A DNA stretch of 30,115 nucleotides, from the IMG/VR virus record IMGVR_UViG_3300017747_002189, positions 1 to 30,115 of that record; one strand, 5' to 3'. The DNA comes from a virus (lineage: Duplodnaviria; Caudoviricetes). Positions 1 to 8,516 of this stretch are shown here, in pieces (position 1 is the first letter of the stretch; each line of letters starts with the position of its first letter). The notes below the pieces were generated by a model, which did no database searches, was not told where the DNA came from, and saw only the letters and a list, made by a program, of their open reading frames with translations. The position numbers and the translations under genes were made by a program.

Positions 1-380
1 GATGCATTCCATGTACCCTTATATTCCATGACCGAAGATGGCAACTGAGCAGCAGGAATCTTACCGCCTGAGTCCAATGTTGCAACACCATTTGCCAAAC
101 CATATCCGTAAGTACCTACAACCTCACCATTTGTTGATCTAACAACTCCTGTTCCTATATTCGTTAAAGTTAAACCGCCTGTAGTTATTGGATCAGTTGT
201 TGTATTTCCGTTATCTGTAACCTGCTGCAATGTAACTGATGCCTGAGCACCAATTAAATGAGCAACCTGCAACCATGTGATTTTCTTTAACTGACCTGTG
301 ATTGGATCACCTATAGTAGTTAAATCACTTGTTTGTGGATTTACATTTGTCGCTAACTGATTTATTTTTTTAGACTCCAT
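1..380 (-). CDS. Tail fibre/receptor-binding protein, N-terminal part (runs off the window)
   Basis: Not in the ORF track. ATG at 380 gives MESKKINQLATNVNPQTSDLTTIGDPITGQLKKITW...TLQQVTDNGNTTT...ANGVATLDSGGKIPAAQLP...YKGTWNA, open to base 1. Gly/Thr-rich, fibre-like motifs; follows the tail-completion gene. Confidence 0.75.
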   Translation of the reverse strand, partial: MESKKINQLATNVNPQTSDLTTIGDPITGQLKKITWLQVAHLIGAQASVTLQQVTDNGNTTTDPITTGGLTLTNIGTGVVRSTNGEVVGTYGYGLANGVATLDSGGKIPAAQLPSSVMEYKGTWNA

Positions 381-382
381 AG

Positions 383-820
383 TTATTTAGTTGGGACTTG
401 ACATCTGTCATTAATCAATGGTAAAGTTAAAGTCACATCTGCTCTCACACCTGCCAAATAATCTGGATCACCCTCAACAAAATATTCCAAAGGAATATTA
501 TCAGGAGCATCCCAAATATTTGAGTTATTTCTTAATTGGGCAATAATATCACCGCAAACCTGAGTCATATCAGACAATACTTCCTGCCCTTCTGTTTCCT
601 GCAATTGCCTGTCCATAAAATAAAGACTGAATCTGAACTCAATCTGCTTTGCAAGTATATTTGAACTTTCAAGTGTAATAAACATGGCAGGATATGTCAC
701 ATCTTCCTGACTCAAACGATTATAAACCTCACCAAAATAAACGAAATTAATTTGTGCGTGGTTGTTTCCGTAATCTGTCAGAGCTTTTATCGTTTGGTTT
801 AGTGTTAGTGTTGTTGCCAT
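383..820 (-). CDS. Putative tail terminator/tail completion protein
   Basis: 145 aa; 'TYPAMFI' followed by alternating beta-strand pattern; lies after the adaptor gene. Confidence 0.55.
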   Translation of the reverse strand: MATTLTLNQTIKALTDYGNNHAQINFVYFGEVYNRLSQEDVTYPAMFITLESSNILAKQIEFRFSLYFMDRQLQETEGQEVLSDMTQVCGDIIAQLRNNSNIWDAPDNIPLEYFVEGDPDYLAGVRADVTLTLPLINDRCQVPTK

Positions 821-870
821 TTTTCTTCAGATAAATCTGCAATTTCTTTTGATTTTTCAAATTAGCTTGT

Positions 871-1473
871 TTACTCATAACAGCATGGAGGATTATCGCC
901 CTGGTATATATATTTAAAATCTTTATAGTATTTTTTTCCACCACAGCATGTATCATCACCTAAATAAATAGTTGAATTATATCCATCATGCTCAGGTCTT
1001 ACTGTATCAATACCAGAACCTGGGTTTAAATATAGTGGAAAATTACCTTTTGATGATTGCTCTTTTAAATACTTAATTAATCTTTGTTTGTAATATTCTG
1101 CTCTTCCTTTGTATCTATTTGCAACATCAATCATGTCCTGCATAGATGGTGATTCAAAATTTTCACCTGTTTTTCTTAGCAGTCCTTTATTATAATATTG
1201 GAAACTCAATCCCTGAGGTAACTCACTTAAAACAAAGTTTACTAATGTATCAACAATATAATCATTCATCAAAGTTACTTCAGCTTGAGTCAAATTATTA
1301 TTGTTTATACCATCTTGTAGTCTATTATAAAGTCCTGATCCAAGTGCAGGCAAAATATAAATATCTTGAGCTGCTTTAATTTCAGGCAATATTAATTTTT
1401 CATCTACATTATTGTGCAGTCCTGTCCTATCTTTGATAGTATCAACTGATATGAAAAGTATGTTTAAACTCAT
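871..1473 (-). CDS. Putative head-tail adaptor/connector
   Basis: 200 aa, helical, directly downstream of portal; 'AAQDIYILPALGSGLY' pattern resembles connector proteins of Bacteroidota phages. Confidence 0.55.
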   Translation of the reverse strand: MSLNILFISVDTIKDRTGLHNNVDEKLILPEIKAAQDIYILPALGSGLYNRLQDGINNNNLTQAEVTLMNDYIVDTLVNFVLSELPQGLSFQYYNKGLLRKTGENFESPSMQDMIDVANRYKGRAEYYKQRLIKYLKEQSSKGNFPLYLNPGSGIDTVRPEHDGYNSTIYLGDDTCCGGKKYYKDFKYIYQGDNPPCCYE

Positions 1474-1474
1474 T

Positions 1475-3301
1475 TTATTTTCTTGTTACAATGTTTTCTT
1501 TCCATTCGTGTCTGCAAGATGGTGAATGTTTACCATTTGGTTTTGTCCACCATCCTCCTAATCTATCCCATACTGAATAACCTAATCTTGAACTCATCTC
1601 TTCAATTTCACTTCTGGAATACATTCTTTTTTTATTATTAACTCTTTGACTAATCATATACTGACAAAATGGCCTACTTGATGGTTTATCTGAATCATTA
1701 AAACCTTTTTTCCATTCATATGTATATCTGACAAGCAATTGAGTTGTTTCTGGTTTTATTTTTTCAACAATATCTCTTAATGGTTCAGTCAACTGTCTTT
1801 CAGTTATTATATTTGAATCAATACCTTCACCAATCAAAATATCTTTTACTGCTATATAACCTTTATCAGCAAGTAAACCCATAATTCTCTTAATAGTTCC
1901 TACATCTTCTTTTAAAACAGATGCAATCACTTCAGGAGTAATTCTTTTATCCTTAGAAATTAAATCTAAAATATTTGCCTGTAATTGACTTACATCAGCA
2001 AAATTTTCTTGCATTTCAAATGCACTTCTTTTTCTCCAAATAATATAATTTTCTTCATCATCACCTAAATCATCTAAAGCAGAAAAATCAAAATGCTGAT
2101 CAAATTGCTCTGCAGTCTCTACAGGTTGTTGAATAGGTTGCTCTTGTTGTTGATATTTACTCATATCAATACCAAGTTTTTCAATAATCCATTCTTTTGG
2201 AGCAACTTGTAAAATTGTTGCTTCACTAAATTCAATTCCTATAGGTTCTGTTGAAAGTATTGTTAAATCTTCTGGATAACCTGCATATCCTGCCAACATA
2301 TTAAATGCAGATTCCAAAAACATTTGCTTACCATTAACATATGTAGATTTAAAAATCTCATATCCGTCACGCATTTCTGTTCTTGTTCCTAATTTTCCAG
2401 GGACTGCAATACCAAATATTGACGGAGTTGTAACCTGATGACCACTAAATATATTAGTCTGGATCAATTCATCAACTCTGCCAAAGTCCTCTTTTGTCAA
2501 ATCAGACTGCCCTAAATCATCAACTATTGGTTTTCTGGATGCATCATTTACAAAGGCTAACATATATTTTATACCATCAGCACCTGTATAAGTATTCTTA
2601 AATTTATTATGAACAACCCTCTGTTCTTCTGGCGAAGGTTCACCATTAGGCAATGTAATTAACTTACTTGCTGAAAAACCTGTCTTAGCATTGCCGAGAA
2701 CATGTTTAGAAACCTCTATATCACTCTCAATATAATTAAGTGCGCCAAAATATGAAGGTAAAGAATAAACACCACCATTTGGTCTGTATTCCTTTAAATA
2801 AAGAATCTGTTTTCCCTGTGGCATTTTTGGATTAAATGCAGGGTATACTTCATATTTTTCATTTCTATCTTTCCAATCTTCCTTATACCAAAATTGAGTA
2901 TTATCTTTATTTGTTCTAAACTTAGTATAATCACAATGCCAAATTTCTGCAACTTTACCAATACCCCATATAATTTCTAAATATGCACCTCCAAAAAGTT
3001 CTATGTCAAGACTAACCTTTCTTGAAAGATCATCAAGACTTTCACTCCTGTTTGGACTATCAATAAATGGTTGAGATTCTTCACCACCTTTCCATCCATT
3101 ACCAATTATATAATGAACTTTATTTCTTACAATAGCATTATGCTTTGCAGATTTATTAAAAAGTTCTACTAAATATGTTGGATAGTCATTTCTATCACCA
3201 TATTGAATATAACCTTCTCCCTTTTTTTCTCTATATTCAGGTTGTTTAGCTTCTGCAAATTGCACTAAAACGTAGTTACCTATGTTCTGATTACTTATCA
3301 T
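1475..3301 (-). CDS. Portal protein with C-terminal extension (winged-HTH-like segment plus MuF-like Cys/His segment)
   Basis: 608 aa. Portal-like N-terminal ~370 aa (YGDRNDYPTYL, SAKHNAIV, DIELFGGAYLEI, IFSGHQVTTPSIFGI), then a Q/E/D-rich linker, then RPFC...GG...SCRHEW. Confidence 0.8.
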   Translation of the reverse strand: MISNQNIGNYVLVQFAEAKQPEYREKKGEGYIQYGDRNDYPTYLVELFNKSAKHNAIVRNKVHYIIGNGWKGGEESQPFIDSPNRSESLDDLSRKVSLDIELFGGAYLEIIWGIGKVAEIWHCDYTKFRTNKDNTQFWYKEDWKDRNEKYEVYPAFNPKMPQGKQILYLKEYRPNGGVYSLPSYFGALNYIESDIEVSKHVLGNAKTGFSASKLITLPNGEPSPEEQRVVHNKFKNTYTGADGIKYMLAFVNDASRKPIVDDLGQSDLTKEDFGRVDELIQTNIFSGHQVTTPSIFGIAVPGKLGTRTEMRDGYEIFKSTYVNGKQMFLESAFNMLAGYAGYPEDLTILSTEPIGIEFSEATILQVAPKEWIIEKLGIDMSKYQQQEQPIQQPVETAEQFDQHFDFSALDDLGDDEENYIIWRKRSAFEMQENFADVSQLQANILDLISKDKRITPEVIASVLKEDVGTIKRIMGLLADKGYIAVKDILIGEGIDSNIITERQLTEPLRDIVEKIKPETTQLLVRYTYEWKKGFNDSDKPSSRPFCQYMISQRVNNKKRMYSRSEIEEMSSRLGYSVWDRLGGWWTKPNGKHSPSCRHEWKENIVTRK

Positions 3302-3672
3302 TCTCTTATTTTATAAGTGTCTGTAGTTGCATATTCAGTATAAACTGTTGCTGATTGATTTAGCATCATTATACCACTTTCTAATAAATTTAAACCTGCA
3401 GGATTAGTATTTGATGAACTTACTTGCTCATAAACATTATAAGTCCATTGACCATTTAAACTGCTACCAAAATAAGTATTGGTTACAATTGAAAATTTAT
3501 TATATCTGTCTTTATATTGACTCACATCTGCAGCATTAAGCAATACAAATTTAACTTCAATATTAGAACTCCTGTTAGTAAATATGAACAAATAATTAGG
3601 ATTTGATAATAACTGTTTTTCAGTTAAAGTTAAATATATATATTGAGTTTGTCCTTTAGTTAATTGTATCAT
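3298..3672 (-). CDS. Virion structural protein, beta-rich, function unknown
   Basis: ATG at 3672 (track uses TTG at 3675); stop overlaps the portal start (ATGA); preceded by the late-promoter motif. Confidence 0.55.
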   Translation of the reverse strand: MIQLTKGQTQYIYLTLTEKQLLSNPNYLFIFTNRSSNIEVKFVLLNAADVSQYKDRYNKFSIVTNTYFGSSLNGQWTYNVYEQVSSSNTNPAGLNLLESGIMMLNQSATVYTEYATTDTYKIRE

Positions 3673-3676
3673 CAAT

Positions 3677-3705
3677 TATAAATGCAGAATTTATTGGATA
3701 TTAAC
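3677..3705 (-). promoter_or_regulatory. Putative late promoter GTTA-N17-CATTTATA
   Basis: + strand TAAATG at 3679-3684 and TAAC at 3702-3705, 17-bp spacer; the same layout occurs at four other gene starts. Confidence 0.65.
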
Positions 3706-3734
3706 AAAAATGCCCCACCTAAAAAGGCAGGGCA
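3706..3734 (-). terminator. Intrinsic terminator after the major tail gene
   Basis: - strand TGCCCTGCCT-TTTT-AGGTGGGGCA followed by TTTTTGTT. Confidence 0.85.
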
Positions 3735-3761
3735 AATTCACCTAAAAGCACTATGTATATA

Positions 3762-4283
3762 CTATGAACCTGCAGTTTGAAGTTGACCTGCAACTGTAGA
3801 GTTTACCTCAGGAGCAAGTTCTGGTTCTTTTGCTGTGAAAGTAAGTGTGTAACCACTTCTGTCACCTTCAGAAGTACCTGATTGAGATGAACCTGCTGTG
3901 ATGTCAAGTCCTCTTGTCAATCCCATGTACCAATATTTACCATTGTTGTCTTTGGCTACAGCGACTAAAAGATTCTTAGCAAGTAACAAGATTTCGTTTC
4001 TTGTATTTACTTGAAGTTTATTCAAAACAACAGTCAACTCTTGCTGATAGAAAATAGTTCCGTTTTCAACAGATGCATTTATATTCTCAACAAAATTTGA
4101 AGTTGCTTTGACTAACTCGTATTTGTAGAATCTCTTTCCTGTATCTTTTGTGAGTGCTGTCATAACACCACCTGAAACAGTATAAGATGCTACATCCTGA
4201 GCAGCCATGAAGTAAACTTCAACTATGCCACCGAGTGAATCTTTACAATCTAATGTGTAACCTTGTGTAAGTGCACAAGCCAT
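3762..4283 (-). CDS. Major tail (tube) protein
   Basis: 173 aa: MACALTQGYTLDCKDSLGGI..., ENGTIFYQQELTVVL, SGT...DRSGYTLTFTAKE; immediately after the capsid gene, own terminator. Confidence 0.75.
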   Translation of the reverse strand: MACALTQGYTLDCKDSLGGIVEVYFMAAQDVASYTVSGGVMTALTKDTGKRFYKYELVKATSNFVENINASVENGTIFYQQELTVVLNKLQVNTRNEILLLAKNLLVAVAKDNNGKYWYMGLTRGLDITAGSSQSGTSEGDRSGYTLTFTAKEPELAPEVNSTVAGQLQTAGS

Positions 4284-4304
4284 TTGATTTAATTTTATTT
4301 ATTT

Positions 4305-4333
4305 AAAAATAGGGCAGTTTTTAGGCTGCCCTG
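4305..4333 (-). terminator. Intrinsic terminator after the major capsid gene
   Basis: - strand AGGGCAGC-CTAAAA-ACTGCCCT followed by ATTTTT (7-bp stem AGGGCAG/CTGCCCT). Confidence 0.8.
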
Positions 4334-4337
4334 TTAA

Positions 4338-5291
4338 TTATGCAAGGATGAACTTCACAACTTCATCAGGGAATGCAATGTTCACACCCATTTTGAATTC
4401 AGATACGAAACGTACTTGATCAGCTTCTTTTGCGTAGAAGATTTCAAATTTTTCTTCTTCGTTCAAAAGATCAGTTCCGATAAACAAGTTACTCAATCTC
4501 ATTGCGTAAACTTTGTTTGTACCATTCAAACCTGCAACTGCAACAACTTTAATTGTTGTACCAGGAAGAATGAACTCGCTATCAGCTTTTACATCAATTG
4601 AGTAATGGAACTGATTAGCATCTTTCAATGCAATTGTGTAAGTTCTGAACAAATCTTGACCGCAGAAGATAGTCATATCATCAGCAGCAACAACTTGAGC
4701 AGGGATTGCTTTGTAAACACCATCGAAAATGCTGATTACATTAGCAGATGTAATGCTTGACAAAGGAGCGCCAGAAATGTAAGTTGATGCATTCGCAGCA
4801 ACAACACCAGATGCAGCACCGATCAATTTAACCAAACCATCAAATTTGTTGAGGTTTACGTTAACTGAATCAGTATCACCTTGCCAAAGAGCAGTTTCAA
4901 GTTGAGCAGCAATTCTCTTAGCTTTCTTTTCAGAAAACTCTTGTTCAAAAGGAATTGCATCATACATTGAACCTGTAGGCAATGCTTTTTGAAGATACTT
5001 TGCTTCCAAATCTTTAGGGCAAAGAGCTTCGTTTACTTTAATTTTTCCAACAGTCACAGTTCTTTGTGTGAAAGTTGTTGAACCAGATGCAGTAAATCCG
5101 CAAGATGCACCGCTTTGGAAAATTGCGTCTGTGTCCATGATGTTAATGGTTTCAGATGATTTAACACCTACCATTACGTTACCTGCACTCTTAATCAAAG
5201 ATGCAGTTTTAGCACCGAGTACACTTGATGTTACAAGTAGAGCCTCGTTTTGTTCTGTGTAATCTGCAAGAGCAGAAACGTTAAATGCCAT
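4338..5291 (-). CDS. Major capsid protein (HK97 fold likely)
   Basis: 317 aa following protease and scaffold; 'IAAQLETALWQGD...KFDGLVK' is the typical spine-helix/GxG-like capsid signature. Confidence 0.85.
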   Translation of the reverse strand: MAFNVSALADYTEQNEALLVTSSVLGAKTASLIKSAGNVMVGVKSSETINIMDTDAIFQSGASCGFTASGSTTFTQRTVTVGKIKVNEALCPKDLEAKYLQKALPTGSMYDAIPFEQEFSEKKAKRIAAQLETALWQGDTDSVNVNLNKFDGLVKLIGAASGVVAANASTYISGAPLSSITSANVISIFDGVYKAIPAQVVAADDMTIFCGQDLFRTYTIALKDANQFHYSIDVKADSEFILPGTTIKVVAVAGLNGTNKVYAMRLSNLFIGTDLLNEEEKFEIFYAKEADQVRFVSEFKMGVNIAFPDEVVKFILA

Positions 5292-5296
5292 TTTTC

Positions 5297-5875
5297 TTAG
5301 TTTTTAGAGTTTAAAATTGCGTGTCTGTATTTATTAAGTCTTTCAAACTTAATGTCTTTTGTAGCTTCAAATTTGAATGATTGTGGCTTTTCAATTGGAT
5401 CAGCCTGAGGCATTTTTGTAACCTCCTCAATCAAATCAACTACCTGTGAGAAACCTTGCTTAGATTTATCTTCAATTGAAGATACCTTAGCATTCAAGGC
5501 TTCGATTAATCCGTTCAACTCAGAAATCTTTGCAGCAAATTCTGCAGCCATTTCCTCCATTTTTTTGTCTTTTGCTTCAACTTCAACTTCTGGAACATCA
5601 GCCTCTGGTTTTTCTGCAGCTTCGATTTCAGTAATCTTGCCATCCAAAACAGAGATTTGAGAGCCATCAGCAAGTTGATGATCACCATCAGGAGCAAATG
5701 AACCATCTTCAAGTTTAACCTCACCGCCAATTTCGAGTGATGAAATCATAACCTTAGTACCATCTGCAAGTTGATATTCAGCAAAATCTTGTTTTGCCTC
5801 CTCAACAGGTTTTTCCTCCTGTGGCATATCTTCAAATAATGCCTTAATTTTTAGGATTGCCTCTTTTGCGTTCAT
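5297..5875 (-). CDS. Putative capsid scaffolding protein
   Basis: Acidic, 192 aa, repeated LxDG hairpins (LADGT, LEDGS, APDGDHQLADGS) and a coiled coil; between protease and capsid genes. Confidence 0.7.
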   Translation of the reverse strand: MNAKEAILKIKALFEDMPQEEKPVEEAKQDFAEYQLADGTKVMISSLEIGGEVKLEDGSFAPDGDHQLADGSQISVLDGKITEIEAAEKPEADVPEVEVEAKDKKMEEMAAEFAAKISELNGLIEALNAKVSSIEDKSKQGFSQVVDLIEEVTKMPQADPIEKPQSFKFEATKDIKFERLNKYRHAILNSKN

Positions 5876-5883
5876 ACTTTATT

Positions 5884-5913
5884 TTTAAATGTTAATGAAT
5901 ACGATTATTTATC
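5884..5913 (-). promoter_or_regulatory. Putative late promoter GATA-N18-CATTTAAA
   Basis: + strand TAAATG at 5886-5891 and TATC at 5910-5913, 18-bp spacer; upstream of scaffold/capsid genes. Confidence 0.55.
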
Positions 5914-6495
5914 ACTTATGGCAGATAAAATTTTCTTTATCTGATCCAACATCTCTTGATCCTTGCTCTTTGTTTTGCTATATTCAAAGACTCCCTCAAC
6001 AGAAAATCCTTTGACTTCCCCATTTTTTACCTTCTGCCAAGTTTCATCATCCTCAACCTTAAAACTGCCAAACCATGAACCATCAGGAGCATCCTCAAAA
6101 CCTTTCATTGGTGCAACACCTCTCTCCTCATCTGATATAAAACTCTCGAACATAACCACACCATCAACCTTCTGTGATGGATCATGATTAACATTCACAT
6201 TTGCCTGATAACCTTTTTTGAAAAACTTCTGAGCAATCTTGAAAATAGTATCTTTACTAAACATAACATAGTAATCACCATGAGTAGCATCACTCCTAAA
6301 AATTGGAGTGTCAGCCAACATGAGAGCACCGCTAATGATACGTTTATCCTCAGAAGATATTTCAAATTTATACTTTTCTTTAAATGCATTCCAATTCCTT
6401 TGGATCGCAGGTCTATCAACTAATGCCACAAAGTTCACCTCTGCATCATCATTAATATCATCATTGATCTTGAGTTCAAATATTGGTAATTCCAT
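5905..6495 (-). CDS. Prohead serine protease (XkdF-like)
   Basis: VALVDRPAI, NVNH (His), GSWFGSFKV and GEVKGFSVEG (Ser) motifs. Confidence 0.85.
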   Translation of the reverse strand: MELPIFELKINDDINDDAEVNFVALVDRPAIQRNWNAFKEKYKFEISSEDKRIISGALMLADTPIFRSDATHGDYYVMFSKDTIFKIAQKFFKKGYQANVNVNHDPSQKVDGVVMFESFISDEERGVAPMKGFEDAPDGSWFGSFKVEDDETWQKVKNGEVKGFSVEGVFEYSKTKSKDQEMLDQIKKILSAISDK

Positions 6496-6498
6496 GTT

Positions 6499-6527
6499 TA
6501 TAAATGTTTATTTATTAAAATAATATC
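6499..6527 (-). promoter_or_regulatory. Putative late promoter GATA-N17-CATTTATA
   Basis: + strand TAAATG at 6501-6506 and TATC at 6524-6527, 17-bp spacer; fills the gap between tape measure and protease genes. Confidence 0.65.
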
Positions 6528-6530
6528 AAC

Positions 6531-8516
6531 TTAACCGAATCTGGCTCTTTGCTTAATTGCTTGAATCCTTTGTTGATTTGTAGTCATATCTGTTTCAACT
6601 ACATATGCCCTTACTGCCTGATTACCCAGAGCATTAATTGTTGACTGATTCAACTGTGTCAATTGAGCCTCTGGCAATGCAGGTGAAACAGGTGATGCAG
6701 TTCCCAATTTTGCAATAGAAGGTGAACCGCCCCCTTCTGAGTCTGGGTTTTTAATTTTATTAATTTGCTTTGCTGTACTCGCAACAATTGACGCAATAGA
6801 TAATGCTGTTGATGCTGTATTTATTCCTATCCATGGTTGACCTGCTGTTGCAGGGAATTGTGCAAGTGCCTTTGCATTTGCTATTCCTAAGTTGGCAAGA
6901 ATCTTACCAATTGCCCCTGCCTGTTCAACAACCAAAGATGCAATCTGGACTCCTTTGCTTTTCTCGAAAAGCTGTTTTGCTAATCCTGCTGCCTGTGCTG
7001 TTATGTCAATATAAGCAGCCTGAATTGCAGCTTTTTGCTCTTTCTCAGCCAACTCTATATTAATTCTATCCTCAGATAACTTTCTCAGTTTATTATTCCG
7101 ATCTTGCTCAGAGATTAAACCTTTTTGGAAAGATTCCTCAATTAGTTTTTCCTCAGCATCTAATGCCATTTTTCTAATGTCAAATGTTTCCCTTTCTCTG
7201 GATGCCAATGCCTCAAGTTCAGATAGGTTTCTGTTTAAGAAAGACTGAGTGATGTCATTGTCAAATTGTTTCAACTGACCTGCAACCTCAGATTTTTTAT
7301 TTGCGAGTTCTATTTCTGCCTGAGTTCTTGCAAGTGTACCTTTTGCATACAGCTTAACATTGTCCTCAAGTCTGGAAACCTCCAAAATGCTTTCCTCAAT
7401 GTAAATCTGCTTTTTAGCCTGTAGTCTTTTCTGCTCATCTTTGATTAGTTCAGCTTCTGCTTTTCTGGAATCAAATAAAAGTTTATTCTGATTTTGCTGT
7501 GTTAATTTCTGTATTTCTAATTGTTCCCTGAGAAGGCTATTGACGTTTATAAGCTGCTCAGTTCTTTTACCTGTGTATTTCTCCTCAACATCAGCGAGTT
7601 CACCCTGTACCCTGATTCTCTCTGCTAAAAGTTCATTGTTAGCACCTGATAATTTAATCTCAGCATTTATTCTTGCCAACTTTTGACCTATCAATGCCCT
7701 TTCAGCCTTTTCGCCTTCATCTAAAACCTTTGCAAGTTTATCATTTGCTGCAATTCTTTCCTCAATGCTCAATTGCTCATTATCTCTAATTTGCCTTAGC
7801 TTTTCAGCCTCAATCTCATTTTTCTTTATGGCATTGAGTAACCTTGCCTCAGCTAAAATCTGGTTATTTGTTGCATTGGTTAATGCCTTTGCCTCCTCTA
7901 ATTTCTTGCTAAAATATTTACCACTCGCATCAATCAGGTTATTTACACCATCAGCAGCTCTATTGAAAGAATCATCTACACCTGTAACAACATCCACTAA
8001 TTCTTTACCAAACATTTTAGCACTCTCTCCTGCCTCCCTAAAATTTCCTGTAAGCAAATTTTTAAGAGTAGTGCCCAATAAACCTGCAGCCTCAATCATT
8101 GACTCAAATCGTTCAATGACGTTCTTTTTGATTGCCTCTCCTAATTCCTTAACATATTGTTGAGGATCTTGAAAAACATTTTTTATAAATCCAACAACCT
8201 TTTCTGTATTATCTACAATAAGTTTAACCAGATCAGAAAATACACCTGTTAGAAAATTTAGTGATGTACTAAATAGATCAGCTACCTTTTGATTTCTGCC
8301 AAGTACATCTTTAAAAAATTCAAATGCCTTAGCAACTGCAGCAACTAAACCTAAACTTTTTAGGAGTGTTCCTATTTTACCAAATGATGATGCAGCAGCC
8401 TGTTCACTTTTCTTTGCACTTTTACCAATATTATCAACCTGTTCACCAAATTCTTTAACTTTTTTGGTACTATCACCTGTGTCAACTTTGACCTTTATAT
8501 TTAATTCTTCTGCCAT
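6531..8516 (-). CDS. Tail tape measure protein
   Basis: 661 aa, Ala/Glu/Lys/Leu-rich coiled coil with hydrophobic amphipathic stretches near both ends; C-terminal VRAYVVETDMT. Confidence 0.8.
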   Translation of the reverse strand: MAEELNIKVKVDTGDSTKKVKEFGEQVDNIGKSAKKSEQAAASSFGKIGTLLKSLGLVAAVAKAFEFFKDVLGRNQKVADLFSTSLNFLTGVFSDLVKLIVDNTEKVVGFIKNVFQDPQQYVKELGEAIKKNVIERFESMIEAAGLLGTTLKNLLTGNFREAGESAKMFGKELVDVVTGVDDSFNRAADGVNNLIDASGKYFSKKLEEAKALTNATNNQILAEARLLNAIKKNEIEAEKLRQIRDNEQLSIEERIAANDKLAKVLDEGEKAERALIGQKLARINAEIKLSGANNELLAERIRVQGELADVEEKYTGKRTEQLINVNSLLREQLEIQKLTQQNQNKLLFDSRKAEAELIKDEQKRLQAKKQIYIEESILEVSRLEDNVKLYAKGTLARTQAEIELANKKSEVAGQLKQFDNDITQSFLNRNLSELEALASRERETFDIRKMALDAEEKLIEESFQKGLISEQDRNNKLRKLSEDRINIELAEKEQKAAIQAAYIDITAQAAGLAKQLFEKSKGVQIASLVVEQAGAIGKILANLGIANAKALAQFPATAGQPWIGINTASTALSIASIVASTAKQINKIKNPDSEGGGSPSIAKLGTASPVSPALPEAQLTQLNQSTINALGNQAVRAYVVETDMTTNQQRIQAIKQRARFG

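Noticed and set aside
747-959. Alternate-frame - strand ORFs (747-959, 5515-5730, 6195-6419, 21134-21334)
   Set aside because: They largely overlap stronger genes and carry no motifs. A short basic peptide across the 821-870 gap cannot be excluded but is unsupported.
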